A stretch of DNA of 64,000 nucleotides from Alphaproteobacteria bacterium (GTDB lineage Bacteria > Pseudomonadota > Alphaproteobacteria > Bin95), in contig OZ219788.1 in NCBI GenBank assembly GCA_964291285.2, positions 192,001 through 256,000 of the forward strand. Reading direction: 5' to 3'. Below the pieces are notes generated by a model. That model had not been told where the DNA came from. It searched no databases and was given only the letters and a program-made list of their open reading frames with translations. The number at the start of each line of letters is the position of its first letter. Within the stretch, counting starts at the first letter, position 1. Made by a program: the position numbers and the translations under genes. Positions 60,801 to 64,000 of this stretch are shown piece after piece.

Positions 60801-61611
60801 AGTTCGCGCTGCTCCGCCCATTCGCGCATCGACTGCTGGAACAGGGAGATCGAGGGAACGAGATAGAGCACCCGGCCACCCTCGCCAACGATCGCTTCGG
60901 CGATGCGCAGCGCCGCGAAGGTCTTGCCGGTGCCGCATGCCATGACCAGCTTGCCGCGCTCGCCGTCCGCGAATCCCTCCAGCACGTCGTCCAATGCACG
61001 CTTCTGGTGCGGCCGCAGGCTGAACGGCGCGTGGCGGAAGGACAGGTCTTCGGGCGTCCCGCGAACCAGGTCCGGCCAGTCGAAGGGGCGGCTTGCAAGG
61101 TCGCCGAACCGGAGGACCTGACAGGCCGGCTTCAGCCCGACGACCCTCTTGACCGCGTTTGTACCCCATTTGTCTCCGGTGTCCACGAAGATTCGCGCCG
61201 TGAACGGTTCGCGCGCAGACGCGGCGATGAAGGAGTCGAGTGCGGCGTTCGAAATCCTCGTTCCTGGTGCGTAACACTTGCACTGGATGGCGCAAAAGCC
61301 GCCGTCCCGCTCCTCGGCGACCAGGTCGATGCCGGTGTCGGCACCGTCGAAACCATGCCGCGAGGCGGCCCAGTCGGACCACAGCCGCACCTGCCCGAAC
61401 CGGTCCCGGTAGAGCGGATCCTGCGCGAAATACGCCTTCATCAGCCGCTCGAACAAGCGGCCCTTTTCTGCCTCCGTTCCCGCAACCGACCGGATGTGGT
61501 CAAGTGCCCGCTGGAAACCGTCGTTCATGTTCGCAGCGTCCCTCGACTGTTACAACCGCGGATGATCTTCGTGCAGCCCGTCACCGGATTCCACGTTGTG
61601 TCGATCCACTC

Positions 61612-63550
61612 GAGGCGTGTGCGCTGTTTGGAAGTGCTTTCTGAGCAAGGCATTGCGGAGGGTCTGGATTTTTCTTACCCCGTCAGGATGGCTGATTTCC
61701 GGGGTTTTTGCGGTTTGAAGGGAAAGGTTTTGTGGATTTCCACCCCATGGCCGTGCGCGGGCTGGTTTTCGGGCGCGTCGCGTTGAGGCGCGGGACTGAG
61801 TAGAAGGTGTCGCCATCGGGCCTGCGGCCCTTGTTCCATCCACCGGCGCTGGTTGGGAGAACATGATGGCGACAGCGGAGAAGTTAGCCTTTTCGTGGTG
61901 GTCTGTGGAGGGCCTTGCGGACCTTGAGCGTCTGCGTGTGGTGCTCGACACGCTTCCCGACGAGAAGGTTGTGGCTGCGCTTGAGGCGGGTCGAGGCCGG
62001 GGTCGCAACGACTACCCGGTGCGGGCGATGTGGCGTGCGTTGATCGCGGGGATCGTGTTCCAGCATGCCTCGATGCAGTCGCTGCTGCGTGAGCTGGGCC
62101 GCAACCCGGCATTGCTTGAGATTTGCGGGTTCGAGGCGCTGCCCTTGCAGGGTGCGCCGGTGGTGGCGCTTTGCGCGGGGCGGGTGGTGAGGTATCCGGC
62201 GCCGTTGCGCTCGACGGTGCCGGGCGCCTGGAACTTCTCGCGGTTCCTGGGGCGCGTGGTGCGCCTTGAGGACGAGCGCGGCCTTGTGTCGGGGATGATC
62301 GGGCGTCTGCGCGCCTCGCTGTTCGAGGAGTTGCCGGACTTCGGTCGCCATCTCGGGTATGACGGCAAGGCGGTGGCGAGCCACTCGACGGGCCGGGTTG
62401 CCGGGGCCAGGGGGCAGACCTCGGACCCCGATGCGGACTGGGGCAGGCACGAGACGGGCGGGGTGAACGCGAAGACCGGCGCGGTGTGGAAGAAGGTGAA
62501 GTCGTGGTTCGGCTACGGGCTGCACCTGATCGCCGACACGGACCACGAGGTTCCTGTGGCCTTCGAGGTGACGCGGGCGTCGGCATCGGAACCCGGGGTG
62601 CTGTCCGGGATGCTGGAGGAGTTGTTCGCCGAGGCGCCGGAGATGGCCGGGCGCTGCGCCGATTTCAGCGCCGACCGCGGTCTCGACAACGCCCGCCTGA
62701 AGGCGCGGTTGTGGGACAGGTGGCATATCCGCCCGCTGATCGACACGCGCCTGATGTGGCGGGCGGAGAAGAAGGAGCCGGGCCATGACCCGGCCCGGCC
62801 GATCACGCGACCGCTGTTCCCCGGGCGCGCCGACGTCATCGTTCATGACGAACGCGGCCGGGTGTCCTGCGTGTGCCCGCAGACCGGCGAGGTCCGCGCC
62901 ATGGCCTTCCAGGGGTTCGAGGTCGGGCGCGGCGTCTGCGGCACGCTCAAATACCGCTGCCCCGCAGCCGCCTTCGGCTTCGAGTGCAAGGGACGCCGGG
63001 CCTGCCATCGGGCGGGTGGGGTGAAGTCCGGCGAATACGGCCGCATCCTGCGCGTCGACCTCGACAGCCATGACCGGCGTATCTTCACGCCCACGCCCTG
63101 GGGCAGCCCGTCATGGCGGCGCGGATACAACCGGCGCACCGCCATGGAGCGGATCAACGCCCGCCTCGACCGCAGCTTCAACTTCGAGACCCATTACATC
63201 CGCGGACGCGCGAAGATGAAGACCCGCATCGGGCTGGCCCTGGCGGTCATGATGGCCATGGCGCTTGCACAGGCCCGCGCCGGACGCGTCGCACGCATGC
63301 GCTCCCTGGTCGGCCCGGCGCCATACCTCGATACCGGCTGACCCCTCAGCCGACTGCCGACAACGCTGACCCAACCCGCCGGACCCCGGCATACGGACAA
63401 ACGCGACCGAAGGCCGGCGATGCTGCCGGGCTGGGCCGCTCAAGTTCGAAAAGCAACCGCGGCGACCGCCTCGAACGCCGGAACAAACAACATCAACACC
63501 CGGACCCAACGTCCCATCCGACCGGAAAAACCCCACAGCGCAAATTTCTC
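61612..63550 (+). mobile_element. IS1182-like DDE insertion sequence, copy 2 (1939 bp)
   Basis: Near-identical to copy 1; flanked by the 19-bp direct repeat ACGTTGTGTCGATCCACTC. Confidence 0.88.
61863..63341 (+). CDS. transposase (DUF772-type N-terminus, DDE)
   Basis: 492 aa, differs from copy 1 at only a few residues. Confidence 0.88.
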   Translation: MMATAEKLAFSWWSVEGLADLERLRVVLDTLPDEKVVAALEAGRGRGRNDYPVRAMWRALIAGIVFQHASMQSLLRELGRNPALLEICGFEALPLQGAPVVALCAGRVVRYPAPLRSTVPGAWNFSRFLGRVVRLEDERGLVSGMIGRLRASLFEELPDFGRHLGYDGKAVASHSTGRVAGARGQTSDPDADWGRHETGGVNAKTGAVWKKVKSWFGYGLHLIADTDHEVPVAFEVTRASASEPGVLSGMLEELFAEAPEMAGRCADFSADRGLDNARLKARLWDRWHIRPLIDTRLMWRAEKKEPGHDPARPITRPLFPGRADVIVHDERGRVSCVCPQTGEVRAMAFQGFEVGRGVCGTLKYRCPAAAFGFECKGRRACHRAGGVKSGEYGRILRVDLDSHDRRIFTPTPWGSPSWRRGYNRRTAMERINARLDRSFNFETHYIRGRAKMKTRIGLALAVMMAMALAQARAGRVARMRSLVGPAPYLDTG

Positions 63551-63664
63551 ACGTTGTGTCGATCCACTCGATTGCCGATTCAGCGCCCAGGGTGCAACCT
63601 CGCGGCGAACTCGAATCCGAGTACGCCCCGGTTGCGCAGGGCGAGGCGCGATCGGTGCGTGGTT

Positions 63665-63982
63665 TCACGCGACCGCACCGAGGCCGTTCTTCTCCACCAG
63701 CGTCAGCAGCTTCAGAGAGGTGCCGCGGGGGCGCTTCTCACCGCGCTCCCACTGGCTCACAAGACCCGTCGTCACGTTGAGATAGCGCGCGAACACCGCC
63801 TGGCTCGCGTTCTCGCGCAGCCGAAGCGCGCGAATGTCTTTCGGCGTCATCTCCTTGATGGGCGTGAGGCACATCTCGTCGAACTTCCGCATGGTCCGTT
63901 TCGACATCAGGCCCGCTTCGGCCAAGCCGAGCGCCGCCTCGTGCACCGAAGCCAGCACCTCGCTCTCATACTGCCCGGTCAT
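63665..63982 (-). CDS. HigA/YiaG-like XRE HTH antitoxin
   Basis: HE.A..L...G.M...TMR.FD..CL, SQ.VFARYLNV...VSQWE.G.K.P; the toxin gene is probably beyond the window edge. Confidence 0.85.
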   Translation of the reverse strand: MTGQYESEVLASVHEAALGLAEAGLMSKRTMRKFDEMCLTPIKEMTPKDIRALRLRENASQAVFARYLNVTTGLVSQWERGEKRPRGTSLKLLTLVEKNGLGAVA

Positions 63983-64000
63983 CGCATTCCACCTCGATTA

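Larger units (their letters stand above)
54824..61528 (-). pseudogene. type ISP restriction-modification enzyme (LlaGI/LlaBIII-like) interrupted by an IS
   Basis: Mrr-like D.GIDL...IQCK; helicase ACGTGKT, DEAH, TATP; MTase DPFTGTG, NPPW; target-recognition part YRPF, PRIP at 54824-55868; frame is restored on IS removal. Confidence 0.92.

Overview
High-GC bacterial DNA; the gene order (msbA-DUF374-waaA-lpxK, ccmABC, apt) fits an alphaproteobacterium. Positions 1-37.4 kb are mostly housekeeping and catabolic genes. They include an AtuA/DUF4387 pair behind a hidden AhpD-like CxxU selenoprotein with a SECIS-like hairpin, a Liv-type ABC transporter with PhyH and DapA-family enzymes, lipid A genes, a CueR-controlled pair, MoxR/VWA, a PemIK-type TA pair, ccmABC, ggt and two TauD dioxygenases, interrupted by IS1634 and IS5 elements. 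From ~38.25 kb to the end is a degenerate integrative island with three P4-like tyrosine integrases, ssb, a SLOG/DUF2493 gene, a five-repeat CxxC protein, a type ISP restriction-modification gene split by an IS1182-like element, and a HigA-like gene. The most interesting locus is a compact, more AT-rich 7-gene cassette at 48636-53729: ACP-like protein, XRE HTH, ImmA/IrrE metallopeptidase fused to a chagasin-like cysteine-protease-inhibitor domain, papain-like C1 protease, divergent thymidylate synthase homologue, and, convergently, a uracil-DNA glycosylase-like protein and a MazG/MazG-C pyrophosphohydrolase. I interpret it as a candidate protease-gated, uracil-nucleotide-centred defence system. 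No tRNA, rRNA or CRISPR array was seen. All family assignments come from motif recognition, not database searches.
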